Assembly: GCA_963654365.1 (NCBI GenBank)
Contig: CAVJZP010000003.1
Location: 2,984 to 66,983, forward strand
Source: Oscillospiraceae bacterium
GTDB taxonomy: Bacteria > Bacillota_I > Bacilli_A > RFN20 > CAG-288
Length of the DNA: 64,000 nt
Direction: 5' to 3'
Part shown: positions 17,725 through 28,163 of the stretch, piece by piece
Numbering within the stretch: position 1 is the first letter of the stretch
Layout of the letters: every line of letters begins with the position of its first letter
Notes under the pieces: generated by a model
What the model was told of the DNA's origin: nothing
What the model saw: the letters and a program-made list of their open reading frames with translations, nothing else
Databases searched by the model: none
Program-made: the position numbers and the translations under genes

Positions 17725-18671
17725 CAGATTTGTTCTGCCTTATTGAGCGCGTCTAAGACTTCCTGGACTCTGTCAAAGCTCTCTAAGCGGCATCCAGAGG
17801 CGGCCAAGTGACCGCCACCATTGAAGAGGGTAGCGACTTTCTGGACATTGTATTTCCCATTGGAACGGAGTTCGACACGGATGATGCCATCCTCCTGTTC
17901 GGTGAAGAATGCCCACATCGGATGGTCATCAAGCATCGAAAGCAGATTGACCTTGCCACTGGCTTCGTTCTGTGTGAGTCCAAGTTCCTGATAGGTCTTT
18001 TTGTCCATAAGGCAATAGGTGACAAGTCCATCGAATTTGAAGTTCTGATAGATGACAGAACGGTACTTAAGGTCGATAGAGGACTGACGGTACAAGGCGT
18101 TATACATCGACTTGTAATCGACTCCATAGCTGATCAGTTCTCCTGCGATTTCCAAAGTTTCCGGTTCTGCATCGTACTGAAATCTTCCGCTATCCGTGAC
18201 AAGTCCCATATAAAGGTAGTATGCGCACTGTGCAGTAGGAATCTTTCCATAGCGGAGAAGAAGACATTTTGCAATGATGAAAGTTGCAGAAGGTGCCTTC
18301 TCATCGCGGACGATGGGGAAGGTAAGATCGTACTGCTTCATATGGTGATCGATACAGACAATGGAGGGAGCTTTCAAGATGCGCTGGTCTTCTACGCGGT
18401 CAAGATCGGAGAGATCTACCATGAGGGCAAGAGAGTTCTCGATGATTTCATCTGACACATCATCGCTTTCCTCTACGACAGGAAGATAGGCCGGATGTGT
18501 ACCGACAGCATACACCTTCTTATCTGGGAAAAGTGCCTTCAAGGCATGCTTCATGCCTAAAACGGAACCGACGCAGTCACCATCCGGATTCTTATGTCCG
18601 AATATGACAATGCTGTCTGCTTTCTCTAATGCGGAGAATACTTTCTCTCTGTCTTCATCAAAATAACTCAT
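17724..18671 (-). CDS. nrnA: DHH/DHHA1 phosphoesterase NrnA (nanoRNase / pAp phosphatase)
   Basis: It has the motifs FGHKNPDGDCVGS, CIDHH and GGGHLAASG. Confidence 0.8.
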   Translation of the reverse strand: MSYFDEDREKVFSALEKADSIVIFGHKNPDGDCVGSVLGMKHALKALFPDKKVYAVGTHPAYLPVVEESDDVSDEIIENSLALMVDLSDLDRVEDQRILKAPSIVCIDHHMKQYDLTFPIVRDEKAPSATFIIAKCLLLRYGKIPTAQCAYYLYMGLVTDSGRFQYDAEPETLEIAGELISYGVDYKSMYNALYRQSSIDLKYRSVIYQNFKFDGLVTYCLMDKKTYQELGLTQNEASGKVNLLSMLDDHPMWAFFTEQEDGIIRVELRSNGKYNVQKVATLFNGGGHLAASGCRLESFDRVQEVLDALNKAEQI

Positions 18672-18719
18672 TTTCGATTACCTTTCTGATATGTGAGTCC
18701 TTCACATATCCTTTCTATA

Positions 18720-18751
18720 AAGAAAAAGCCCTTTGATTTTTCAGAGGGCTT
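18720..18751 (-). terminator. Rho-independent terminator of rpoE
   Basis: Hairpin AAGCCCT-11 nt-AGGGCTT followed by a T-run on the minus strand. Confidence 0.6.
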
Positions 18752-18768
18752 CATAAAGACAAGTGGAA

Positions 18769-19203
18769 TTAGTTGTTTTCGTCGTCTTCGTCATCCATAC
18801 CACTCTCGATGGTGTCGTCTTCTTCGTAATTGTTCTCGTTTTCCTCATCATTGAGCAGTTCGGAACCTTCATCATCATCCTGATTCTCGTCTTTTCTCTT
18901 CTCATTTTCGCCTTCATCGACATCGAGATCAGAATAGACCTTGTTCATATCGATGTGGATGTTCTTGTAGAGCTCGTGCTCTCTTAAGGACCAGGTGTTG
19001 TTCTCCTTGATGACAAAGCGGCCATCCAAGGTCAGATCCGTATAGAAGCGGGAGACCAATTTAGTGAACTCCTCTTCGGACATATTGATTCTGTTGCAGA
19101 TCTCAGCACAGAGGGCAAGGAATTCCTTGGGTTCTTTCTTTCCGCTGTTATAATCTTCGCTAAGGATGTCATAAGCGACGCTGACTAATGATTTTTCTAC
19201 CAT
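18769..19203 (-). CDS. rpoE: DNA-directed RNA polymerase delta subunit
   Basis: It has an HARE-HTH-like N-domain (SLVSVAYDILSE...) followed by a long Asp/Glu tail. The start is at MVEKS, after AAGGAG. Confidence 0.8.
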   Translation of the reverse strand: MVEKSLVSVAYDILSEDYNSGKKEPKEFLALCAEICNRINMSEEEFTKLVSRFYTDLTLDGRFVIKENNTWSLREHELYKNIHIDMNKVYSDLDVDEGENEKRKDENQDDDEGSELLNDEENENNYEEDDTIESGMDDEDDENN

Positions 19204-19303
19204 GGTTATATTCTCCTTTATCAAAACAATATAATTCAATGTTGGCTTTACAAGTATACTATTAAAAGTGCCTGAAAGAAAACAATTTATTCAAAAATCA
19301 ATG

Positions 19304-20953
19304 CTATTCTGCTTTTTCTGCAGAAACCATTCTGACTGGTGCATCCACAGCGATGAGATTCAATGCGGATGCAAGGACATCTCTGCAGGCTTCCACTAGA
19401 CCAAGTCTCTCTTTTGTCAGTTCTGGATTCTGGTTATCGATGACACGGCACTTGGTATAGAATTCGTTAATGCTCTGAGCAAGGGTATGGATGTAATTGG
19501 TGATCTTATAAGGCTCATTCTCCAAAGTTGCCGATTTGATTGCATCCGCATATCCTTTCAAAAGGATAAGAAGGTTTTTCTCCGATTCACTGACAAGAAG
19601 GGAAGAGGAGTAGTCAATCGGATAGAAATCCTTGGCGTTATTCATGATTCCGCAGAGTCTTGCGTGCGTGTACTGAGCGTAATAGACCGGATTCTCGCTT
19701 CCGAGCGTCTTTGCAAGATCGATATCGAAATCGAGATGGGAAGTTCCGCTTCTGGAAACGAAGAAGTAGCGGACGGCATCCACACCGACCTCTTCCACAA
19801 GTTCCTTCATGGAGATGGCATTTCCGGTACGTTTGCTCATCTTGAATTCCTCTCCGTTCTTAAAGAGACGGACCATCTGAACCAAGGAGACATGCAAGGC
19901 ATCCGGATTGTGTCCTAAGTCTTTCTGAGAGGATTTCAGACGCATGATATATCCGTGATGGTCTGCACCGAAGAGATCGATGAGAAGATCGAATCCACGG
20001 CTGAACTTATCGTTATGATAGGCGATATCCGGAAGAAGATAGGTATAATTTCCATCGGACTTGACAAGAACTCTGTCTTTGTCATCGCCATCTTTTGTCG
20101 TATTGAGCCAAAGAGCACCGTCCTGCTCATAGCAATAAGGCTTCAGGGATTCTAAGACTTTCTCGACATCTCCTCTTTCACGGATGGCTTTTTCTGAAGT
20201 GTAGACATCCTGGTCGACGCGGAAGTCATGAAGATCCTTTTTGATGGCATCGAGAAGTTTGGCACCGCCGAACTTCTTGAAATCATCCAGGTGGCTTTCA
20301 GGATCGGCAAGATAGCTATCTCCTACTTTCTCCTTGAGTTCCTTTGCTAATGCGATAATTTCAGGTCCGTGGTATCCATCTTCAGGCAAAACTGCGTCTT
20401 TTCCGAATTCCTGGAGATAGCGAACCATCAAGGAATCAGCAAGATGGTCCATCTGGACACCAGCATCGTTGACATAGTATTCTCTTGTGACATCATAGCC
20501 GGATTTCTTGTAAAGTCTGGCGAGGCAGTCACCTAAGGCAGCTCCTCTTGCATGGCCTAAATGAAGTGTTCCTGTCGGATTGGCAGAGACATATTCAATA
20601 TTGACTTTGATACCTTTTCCGATATCCAGGTCCCCATAATGTTCCTTCTCCGTGACGATGGTCTTGATGATGGAACCTAACTCATCCTGCTTTAAGAAGA
20701 AGTTTAAGAAACCTGGCTTGCAGGCTTCGATATGATCGACTCCATCCAAAGAGAATTCCGCGATGATATCATTGGCCAGATCCATCGGATTCTTATGGAA
20801 GGTCTTGGCTTTTCTCATCGCAAGGTTAGAAGCGTAATCTCCGTGCTCTCTTGTGTCAGAAGGGGAAAGAACAATTTCCTTGTCCTCTATCTCTCCGCCA
20901 AGCTTGACAATGACACGCTTGAGCTCATCTTTTATTTTCTGTTGAATATCCAT
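19304..20953 (-). CDS. argS: Arginine--tRNA ligase
   Basis: It has a HIGH-type motif (HLGHARG), a KMSKS-type motif (MSKRTGN) and a class I anticodon-binding C-terminus. The start is at MDIQQ, after GAGGTG. Confidence 0.95.
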   Translation of the reverse strand: MDIQQKIKDELKRVIVKLGGEIEDKEIVLSPSDTREHGDYASNLAMRKAKTFHKNPMDLANDIIAEFSLDGVDHIEACKPGFLNFFLKQDELGSIIKTIVTEKEHYGDLDIGKGIKVNIEYVSANPTGTLHLGHARGAALGDCLARLYKKSGYDVTREYYVNDAGVQMDHLADSLMVRYLQEFGKDAVLPEDGYHGPEIIALAKELKEKVGDSYLADPESHLDDFKKFGGAKLLDAIKKDLHDFRVDQDVYTSEKAIRERGDVEKVLESLKPYCYEQDGALWLNTTKDGDDKDRVLVKSDGNYTYLLPDIAYHNDKFSRGFDLLIDLFGADHHGYIMRLKSSQKDLGHNPDALHVSLVQMVRLFKNGEEFKMSKRTGNAISMKELVEEVGVDAVRYFFVSRSGTSHLDFDIDLAKTLGSENPVYYAQYTHARLCGIMNNAKDFYPIDYSSSLLVSESEKNLLILLKGYADAIKSATLENEPYKITNYIHTLAQSINEFYTKCRVIDNQNPELTKERLGLVEACRDVLASALNLIAVDAPVRMVSAEKAE

Positions 20954-20963
20954 AAATGGCACC

Positions 20964-21443
20964 TCACATTCTTATCAGACATACATTGGAATAAACGACA
21001 ACGGCTTTGTCTTCTCCGACTGCATCCAGGTTTTCCTTCGTGTTGGCGTGGATAGCGATTCGATCCATCCCTAGATCCAGCACCTTGGCTAAATGTTCCT
21101 TGATTTCCTTCTTATATTCTTTCAGTCGGATGGACTGCAATTGAATATCGATGACAACATTCGATATCTCGTATCCTCTCGCTTGCATCTGAGCCAAGGA
21201 GAAGGAAAGAATATCTTCGCTATTGAGATCTTCCGTCTCTTTCTGACTATCCGGGAAATACGTTCCGATATCGTCTAATCCTAAAGCGGAGAGGATTGCA
21301 TTCGAAAGAGAGTGATATAAGCAGTCACCATCGGAGTGGGCTAGGATTCTCTTTCCTTTGATTTCCACACCGGAGAGAAGGAATCTCTTTCCGTTCTCAT
21401 CGAAACGATGAATATCGTAGCCAAAACCTGTTCGGATATCCAT
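20964..21443 (-). CDS. ispF: 2-C-methyl-D-erythritol 2,4-cyclodiphosphate synthase
   Basis: It contains GFGYDIHRF and HSDGD in a 159-aa product. Confidence 0.9.
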   Translation of the reverse strand: MDIRTGFGYDIHRFDENGKRFLLSGVEIKGKRILAHSDGDCLYHSLSNAILSALGLDDIGTYFPDSQKETEDLNSEDILSFSLAQMQARGYEISNVVIDIQLQSIRLKEYKKEIKEHLAKVLDLGMDRIAIHANTKENLDAVGEDKAVVVYSNVCLIRM

Positions 21444-21445
21444 GC

Positions 21446-22561
21446 TTACTTTTTCTTTGCGGCAGAGCGGATATAAAGGATATCACCGTCTTTGACGATA
21501 TAATCCTTGCCGACTGTCATCATCTTTCCGGCTTCCTTGACAGCCAATTCTGTACCATAGGCGATCAAATCATCATAGGAATAGACCTCAGCCTTCAGGA
21601 AGAATTTCTGGAAATCCGTATGGATGACACCAGCGCATTCCGGAGCAGTGTATCCTTCGTGGAATGTCCAGGCTCTCACTTCATCTTCACCGCCGGTGAA
21701 GAAAGTTCTTAAGCCAAGGATATGATAGGCAGCAAAGGTGACCTTATCCAAACCGGTCTGTGTCGTACCTAAGCTTTCAAGATATTCCTGTCTGTCTTCC
21801 GGAGAGACGCGGGAGAGTTCCTCCTCAATCTTAGCAGAGACCGGGATGCATTCAGCATGATTCTCTGCTGCAAACTCCTTCAGTTTGACAAAATAAGGAT
21901 TTACATCCGGATCGGCATAACTTTCCTCATCAACATTTCCGACATAGATGACAGGCTTCATCGTGATGAGGTTGAAGGACTTCGCCACTTCCTCCTCAGC
22001 GGAAGAAAGAGGGATGTCTCTTGCCATCTTCTCACTCTGCAATCCATCGATGAGTTTGTGAAGAGCGGAAACTTCGACTAAAGCGTCCTTATCCTTTGTG
22101 GTAAGAGCTTTTCTTTCCACTTTCTCAAGTCTCTTCGTCATGACATCGATATCGGATAGCATCAATTCCAGATTGACTTCCATGGCATCGGCGACCGGGT
22201 CGACTGCTCTTCCGTTATAAGTAAGGATTTCACTGGAATCAAAGCAGCGAACAACATGAATGATGGCATCCGTATTGCGGATGTTTCCTAAAAACTGATT
22301 GCCTAAGCCTTCTCCTTTGCTTGCGCCTTTGATAAGACCGGCAATATCCGTGAATTCAAATGTTGCTCTCACTGTCTTCTTCGGGTGGAAGATATCGACT
22401 AAGGCATCGACTCTGGAATCATTGACTTCCACGACACCAGTGTTTGGATCAATCGTCGCAAAAGGATAATTCTCTGCCAAGATATTGCTATTGGTAATAG
22501 CGTTGAACAAAGTAGATTTTCCGACATTCGGCAAACCGACAATACCAGCTGTTAAACTCAT
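21446..22561 (-). CDS. ychF: Redox-regulated ATPase YchF
   Basis: It has the P-loop GIVGLPNVGKST and an overall YchF/OLA1 architecture with a TGS-like C-terminus. Confidence 0.95.
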   Translation of the reverse strand: MSLTAGIVGLPNVGKSTLFNAITNSNILAENYPFATIDPNTGVVEVNDSRVDALVDIFHPKKTVRATFEFTDIAGLIKGASKGEGLGNQFLGNIRNTDAIIHVVRCFDSSEILTYNGRAVDPVADAMEVNLELMLSDIDVMTKRLEKVERKALTTKDKDALVEVSALHKLIDGLQSEKMARDIPLSSAEEEVAKSFNLITMKPVIYVGNVDEESYADPDVNPYFVKLKEFAAENHAECIPVSAKIEEELSRVSPEDRQEYLESLGTTQTGLDKVTFAAYHILGLRTFFTGGEDEVRAWTFHEGYTAPECAGVIHTDFQKFFLKAEVYSYDDLIAYGTELAVKEAGKMMTVGKDYIVKDGDILYIRSAAKKK

Positions 22562-22641
22562 GTTATCACACTTTCTCTAAAAGGATTTAGTCAAACCCTT
22601 TTATTATAATAAAATAATTTATATTATCAAATATAACCAAA

Positions 22642-24561
22642 CTAACGATAAACGTAAATTGTTGAACTGGAAGTTGGGAAATAGGATGTCGTTTTCTCGC
22701 TTCCGTCTACAACGAGAGTCAATTTCGTATACTCTCCTAATAGAGCAAGAGTATCACTGGAATCCGATATCTTGGAACCCGGCAGGACTTTCAAGGTTCC
22801 GATTGTTTCACCGGATGACTTTTCGACAAAGGAAACATCGATTGCCTTTGTCATCTTCTGATATAGAGTTCTTGAATTGACCTTGTCATGAGACGATGAA
22901 AGACTGAGAGGGAAGAGCACTTTCGAAGAAAAGGAACTATCCGAATAGAATCCGTCGAAGAGATAAGTCTCATCATCTTGGATAACGGCTTTTGACCTAT
23001 CCTTGAGGGAAGTCAGATCGATGATGTCCTCTTCGTCAAGATATACTTTTTCAGACATCGAATCCTGTTTCTCGTAATCGGAAGAGACATTCATATAGAC
23101 TTCAAACTCCAGATAAGGACGATAATTCAGCTGAAGATAGATTTCCGTATCCGCTTTGGGCATATACTGAGAATTGAGATTCTTCTTGTCTGTTCCATCG
23201 AGCGTATAGAATCCGATGACAATGAGATTATCTTCTATGCAGGCATTCTTGAAATCATTCAGAACAGTGGAAATATCACTTCCACCCTTTATCTTTGATT
23301 CTAAGTCGGTAAGTTTGTCTCCATCATATCCATCAGGATAATCGTAATGAAGTTTCAAGGTTGGATAATCATCATATACAGCAACAAGGGTGATGTCGTG
23401 ATCGGGAAGTTTCTCTTTTGTCATATCGAATTGGAAACCATCCAACTGATAAGTGACAAAATCTTTTTCGTAGGCGGTCGGAATATGGCTGTTATAGAAT
23501 TCTTCTCCTAAGACATCCGAAGAATAATATTCTGTCGAAAAGACTTCGGTGCTCTTTCCGTTGCATTCTCCACCCTGATAATCCAAGGTGACCGTAATCT
23601 GATCATCCCATCCTAAATATAAATCGACGTTGCTATCCGCAATCGTAGAGGTGAGATTGAACCTCGATTTCAGTTCGGAATCAAGATAGAAGCCTTTGAA
23701 TCGCTTCTTCTTGTCGGAAGTATAAAAGCAGTCCTGATTTTCCGCGTTCAGATTGATGCCAGTCTTTTCGTACATCTCTGAGATAAGAATGGAGGAAATG
23801 TTGTTCCTTCCCTGGAAGACAGAATCTTCTACGCCATCGAGGTTATAGTGGACCGTGATGGTCGGATCCATTGTCCATTTTGCATAGAGGACAAAGTTGT
23901 TGTCATCAGAAATCGGGAAGGACATATTATCCGTTCCAAAGGAACGGTCAAACTCATACTCTCCGATTTCACCTGTCGTATCAAGAGAATAATGTTTCTG
24001 TCCGTTTTCATCCGTCACACCCTTGAGCGGATATTGTGTATACCAATAATCAAAAGTAAGATGTTCATCCTCTTCAACAGAGACCGTAGGTAGATAATCC
24101 AAGGAGAGAAGTTTCTTGGATGCGTATCCATTCAGTTTTCCATCCGAGAAAGAGGAAGAATCCACCTTCGGAGCAATGAGTGAGGCGACATCCGCACCGA
24201 TTGTCAAATCAAAAGTGATGGTAGACAACGGCTCAAAATACGCATAGAAGATATCATTAACATAAGGATAGAAGTAATAGGACTTTCCATCTTTGTCCGT
24301 TCTCTTATTGATAGTTCTGTAAGAGCCGTCTTTTGCCTTCTCTCTCCATCCGACAAAATAATATCCTGGCTTGGAGGGGTCTGGAATCTCAGTCAAGATT
24401 GCAGTTCCACTCTCTCCTTCAATATAGGTCGTCCCAAAGGAATCCGGAAAGGAACCGCCATCGAGTTCGAAGGTGATTCGTCCGGTCATCTTTTTGCCAC
24501 AGGAAACCATAGAAGAAAGGAAAAGAAGAGATAAGCCGCAAGTGATGAATTTGTTCCTCAT
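22642..24561 (-). CDS. Surface lipoprotein with multiple Listeria-Bacteroides (Flg_new/InlB B-repeat) type repeats
   Basis: The start is set at MRNKF, after the pnp terminator, and the lipobox is SMVSC. It has repeated modules of the form ITFELDGG....GYYFVGW. Confidence 0.75.
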   Translation of the reverse strand: MRNKFITCGLSLLFLSSMVSCGKKMTGRITFELDGGSFPDSFGTTYIEGESGTAILTEIPDPSKPGYYFVGWREKAKDGSYRTINKRTDKDGKSYYFYPYVNDIFYAYFEPLSTITFDLTIGADVASLIAPKVDSSSFSDGKLNGYASKKLLSLDYLPTVSVEEDEHLTFDYWYTQYPLKGVTDENGQKHYSLDTTGEIGEYEFDRSFGTDNMSFPISDDNNFVLYAKWTMDPTITVHYNLDGVEDSVFQGRNNISSILISEMYEKTGINLNAENQDCFYTSDKKKRFKGFYLDSELKSRFNLTSTIADSNVDLYLGWDDQITVTLDYQGGECNGKSTEVFSTEYYSSDVLGEEFYNSHIPTAYEKDFVTYQLDGFQFDMTKEKLPDHDITLVAVYDDYPTLKLHYDYPDGYDGDKLTDLESKIKGGSDISTVLNDFKNACIEDNLIVIGFYTLDGTDKKNLNSQYMPKADTEIYLQLNYRPYLEFEVYMNVSSDYEKQDSMSEKVYLDEEDIIDLTSLKDRSKAVIQDDETYLFDGFYSDSSFSSKVLFPLSLSSSHDKVNSRTLYQKMTKAIDVSFVEKSSGETIGTLKVLPGSKISDSSDTLALLGEYTKLTLVVDGSEKTTSYFPTSSSTIYVYR

Positions 24562-24579
24562 ACTGCCTAATATTATATA

Positions 24580-24627
24580 AAAAAAGAAAAAAAGAAAAAA
24601 GACTACAGCGGATTTTCCGCTGTAGTC
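24580..24627 (-). terminator. Rho-independent terminator of pnp
   Basis: An 11-bp stem GACTACAGCGG-5 nt-CCGCTGTAGTC followed by a long T-run on the minus strand. Confidence 0.8.
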
Positions 24628-24638
24628 CATATCATCAT

Positions 24639-26879
24639 TTATCTGTGATCGTGATGAAAGGACTTTCTGTCCTTGTTGTCGCGAGGACGGTCCGGTCTTT
24701 CAACATAACCTTCCGGTTTAGGAAGGAATTCACGATGGGAGATGTCGATTCTGCCCTGGGCATCGATGCCAGTGATGATGACTTTCAGAGTGTCACCAAG
24801 TTTGCAGACATCTTCGACTTTCTCAACACGGTTCCAGCCGAGCTTGGAGATGTGGCATAAGGCATCGGTGTTGCCGTAGAGATTAACAAAGGCGCCATAG
24901 GATTCAATGCGGACAACTTTGCCATCATAGATCTCACCGACTTCAGGAACCTTGGCAATGGACATGATCATTCCATATGCTTTCTCAATCATATCCTTAT
25001 GGACAGAGTAGAGAATGACACGGCCGTCATCATTGATGTCAATCTTGACATCTTTATTGCATTCATCAATGATGGAATTGATGACCTTACCCTGGCTTCC
25101 GATGACTTCTCTGATCTTATCGGTAGCGATGTTGAAACGTTTCATCTTCAAAGCGAACTCAGAAAGCTCTTCTCTCGGTTCCGGAATGGCAGCGAGCATG
25201 ACATCGAGAATCTGCTTTCTGGCCGGTTTTGCCTGATATAATGCTTCTCTTAAGATATCCTTTGTGATACCACGGATCTTGATATCCATCTGAAGAGCCG
25301 TGATGCCGTTAGGAGTTCCAGCGACTTTGAAGTCCATATCTCCTAAGTGGTCTTCCATACCCTGAATATCGGTAAGGATGGTGTAAGGATGATTGCCATC
25401 CAAAGGACCAGAAGTGATAAGGCCCATAGCAATGCCGGAGACAGGAGCCTTCAGCGGGACACCGGCATCCATCAAAGCCATGCAGGATGCGCAGATAGAA
25501 GCCTGAGAGGAGGAACCGTTGGATTCACAGACATCAGCGACGCAGCGGATAGTATAAGGGAATTCCTCTTCAGAAGGAATGACATAGCTAAGAGCTCTTT
25601 CACCTAAGTTGCCATGACCGATTTCACGGCGTCCGGGAGTTCCCATTCTGCCTAATTCACCGACAGAGAAAGGCGGGAAGTTATAGTGATGCATCCATCT
25701 CTTGGTGGTATCGCCAGTGATGTTGTCAAGGATCTGAGCATCATCCAAAGAGCCTAAGGTACAAGAGGAGATGACCTGAGTCTGTCCACGGGTGAACATA
25801 GCAGAGCCATGTGCTCTAGGAAGAAGATGAACCTGGGCGTCCAAAGGTCTGATCTCATCGACCTTTCTTCCGTCCGGTCTCACTTTGTCAACAGTGATAA
25901 GGCGTCTGACTTCGTTGCGGACAACAACTTCAAGAACTTCCTTGGCCTCATTGACAGCGAGATCATGAACCTGCATGGTCTCATATTTCTCACCAGTGAG
26001 GAAATCAGCCTTATCGACAAGATCGATGACCTCTTTCTCTAAGGCATCGATGGTATTCTGTCTTTCAAGCTTATCAAAGATAGAGACAGCCTTGATGATT
26101 CTGTTCTCGGTTGTCTCATTCTGATTAGGAGCGACATAATTGCGGCATTTATCGGCAAAGGCCTCATCGATATGATAAATGTTGAGCGGTCTCTTTGTCT
26201 TTCCGACTTTGCTGACGATTTCTTTTTCGAAGGCACAAAGCTTCTTGATGGCTTCATGTCCGAACATCAAGGCATCGAGCATATCGTCTTCACTGACTTC
26301 ATTGGCACCGGCTTCGACCATGTTGATGGCGGTCTCAGTGCCAGCGACAGAGAGATCGATATCGGACTGTGCCATCTGTTCCACCGTCGGATCGATGACG
26401 AACTCGCCATTGACTCTTCCGACATGAACACCGGCGATAGGTCCTTCAAACGGAATATCGGAAATGCAAAGGGCTAAGGAAGCACCGAACATAGCAGACA
26501 TATCTGTGCAGGCATCCGGATCCGCGGACATGACAGTGCAGGTCACCTGGGTCTCGTTGACATATCCTTCCGGGAACATAGGACGGATTGGTCTATCGAT
26601 CAGTCTGGAGATCAAGGTCTCACGGGTAGACTGTCTTCCTTCTCTTCTTAAGAAGGAGCCCGGAATTTTGCCGGCTGCATACTGACGTTCGAAATAGTTG
26701 ATGGTGAGCGGGAAGAAATCCTGACCAAGCTTTGCCTCGTGAGCACCACAGGCAGCGCATAAGACGGCGGAATCATTGAATCGGACAAAGACAGAACCAT
26801 CGGCCTGTTTTGCGATTTCTCCGGTTTCTACAGTGAGCGTCTTGCCGTAGAAATCAAGAGTGAACACTTCTTTTGACAT
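24639..26879 (-). CDS. pnp: Polyribonucleotide nucleotidyltransferase (PNPase)
   Basis: The 746-aa product has two RNase PH domains plus KH and S1 domains, and a basic C-terminal tail. Confidence 0.95.
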   Translation of the reverse strand: MSKEVFTLDFYGKTLTVETGEIAKQADGSVFVRFNDSAVLCAACGAHEAKLGQDFFPLTINYFERQYAAGKIPGSFLRREGRQSTRETLISRLIDRPIRPMFPEGYVNETQVTCTVMSADPDACTDMSAMFGASLALCISDIPFEGPIAGVHVGRVNGEFVIDPTVEQMAQSDIDLSVAGTETAINMVEAGANEVSEDDMLDALMFGHEAIKKLCAFEKEIVSKVGKTKRPLNIYHIDEAFADKCRNYVAPNQNETTENRIIKAVSIFDKLERQNTIDALEKEVIDLVDKADFLTGEKYETMQVHDLAVNEAKEVLEVVVRNEVRRLITVDKVRPDGRKVDEIRPLDAQVHLLPRAHGSAMFTRGQTQVISSCTLGSLDDAQILDNITGDTTKRWMHHYNFPPFSVGELGRMGTPGRREIGHGNLGERALSYVIPSEEEFPYTIRCVADVCESNGSSSQASICASCMALMDAGVPLKAPVSGIAMGLITSGPLDGNHPYTILTDIQGMEDHLGDMDFKVAGTPNGITALQMDIKIRGITKDILREALYQAKPARKQILDVMLAAIPEPREELSEFALKMKRFNIATDKIREVIGSQGKVINSIIDECNKDVKIDINDDGRVILYSVHKDMIEKAYGMIMSIAKVPEVGEIYDGKVVRIESYGAFVNLYGNTDALCHISKLGWNRVEKVEDVCKLGDTLKVIITGIDAQGRIDISHREFLPKPEGYVERPDRPRDNKDRKSFHHDHR

Positions 26880-27051
26880 TTTCTTTACCTCTTTATTTAA
26901 TAATTAAACCAAGTGTTATTGTACCAAAAACGAAAAGAAGTAGATACAAATATTTTGTAAGATTTCCGGCACGTGAAAGACAAGACGTCATCAAAAGGGA
27001 AAAGATTTCGAAATCCCGTTTACAATTTATAAACGATGAAATGATACGCTT

Positions 27052-28098
27052 TTAGGATAACGAATCATCATGATGGTATTTACTATAGATTTTCCAGTAA
27101 TAGTCTCTCCACATCTTATAAAGATTCTCTTCTCCGTACTTTTCAGAAATCGACTTGGAAAGAGAAAGTGAAGAGTCATAAAACGATTTATCATTCTTCA
27201 GTTTTCTTAAAAGAGAAGAAAAACCTTCTACATCCTTCGCCTTCAGATAATCATCGACAAGGATATCTTTATAAAGGTCTAAGTCACGCACGATATACGG
27301 CTTCCCGACGGAGCAGTTTTCTAATAGCGCCATCGGGAAAAGTTCATTATAAGAAGGGAGAACAAAGACGTCAGCCATGTTATAGACTTCATTCATCTTA
27401 TTTCTGTCGATAATGCCAAGGAAGGTTAGATTCTTCCTTTTCTTTGCCATCTCTCTCTTCAGTTCATAATAACCGTCTGTGATATTCTTGAAGGAGAATC
27501 CGCCTGCCCAGACAAAATGCATATCCGGATTCTCTTCACTCATACGGATGAAATCGAGAATTCCTTTTCTTGTCTGTACCTGGCCAACTCCTAAAACGAC
27601 AAAGGCATCAACGGGGAGATTATAGCGCTTTCTGATCTCTTTTCTTTTTTCTTCCTCCAAGAGGAAATATTCGCTGTGAGAGACAAAGTTCGGAATATAA
27701 GTGATCCGTTTCTCGTCCAATCCGTATTCCACAAGTTCCTGTTTGAACGAAGGATTCACAACGACAATCTCCTTTGCCTTCTTATAAAAGGAGACCACAT
27801 ATCTCTTGAACAAGCCAAAGGCAAACTTAGGAAGTCTTACGCTTCCTACTAAAGTATCAGGCATAAAATGGACAAAACAGATGGTTATCCGCTTTTTCTT
27901 CATCATCCGATAGAAAGGATAATTGACGGAATGGATATGATAGATATCCATCTTAGAGGAGAGTTCATTGACGCGGACATCAAAATCCTCTTTTCCGTAT
28001 TGGTCCAAAAGCCTCATCAATTCTATATAGACACTGCCAACACCCTGTGCAGGAACGCTTGTGGCACGGGAGAGCATATCGATCTTCAGTTTCTTCAT
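27052..28098 (-). CDS. GT4-family glycosyltransferase (glycolipid synthase-like)
   Basis: It has a GT-B fold pattern and the EX7E motif (ELFPMALLENCSVGKP). The start is at MKKLKIDML. The upstream part of ORF 27052..28182 was rejected. Confidence 0.8.
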   Translation of the reverse strand: MKKLKIDMLSRATSVPAQGVGSVYIELMRLLDQYGKEDFDVRVNELSSKMDIYHIHSVNYPFYRMMKKKRITICFVHFMPDTLVGSVRLPKFAFGLFKRYVVSFYKKAKEIVVVNPSFKQELVEYGLDEKRITYIPNFVSHSEYFLLEEEKRKEIRKRYNLPVDAFVVLGVGQVQTRKGILDFIRMSEENPDMHFVWAGGFSFKNITDGYYELKREMAKKRKNLTFLGIIDRNKMNEVYNMADVFVLPSYNELFPMALLENCSVGKPYIVRDLDLYKDILVDDYLKAKDVEGFSSLLRKLKNDKSFYDSSLSLSKSISEKYGEENLYKMWRDYYWKIYSKYHHDDSLS

Positions 28099-28163
28099 AA
28101 TTAGTATTATATGCTCTTCCTCATCTTGAGAAAAGTGAGAAAAAAATATAAGATAGGTACAAA

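Noticed and set aside
20954-20985. I looked for a T-box leader upstream of argS.
   Set aside because: argS starts 10 nt after the ispF stop, and the Shine-Dalgarno overlaps that stop. There is no room for a leader, so argS is co-transcribed with ychF and ispF.
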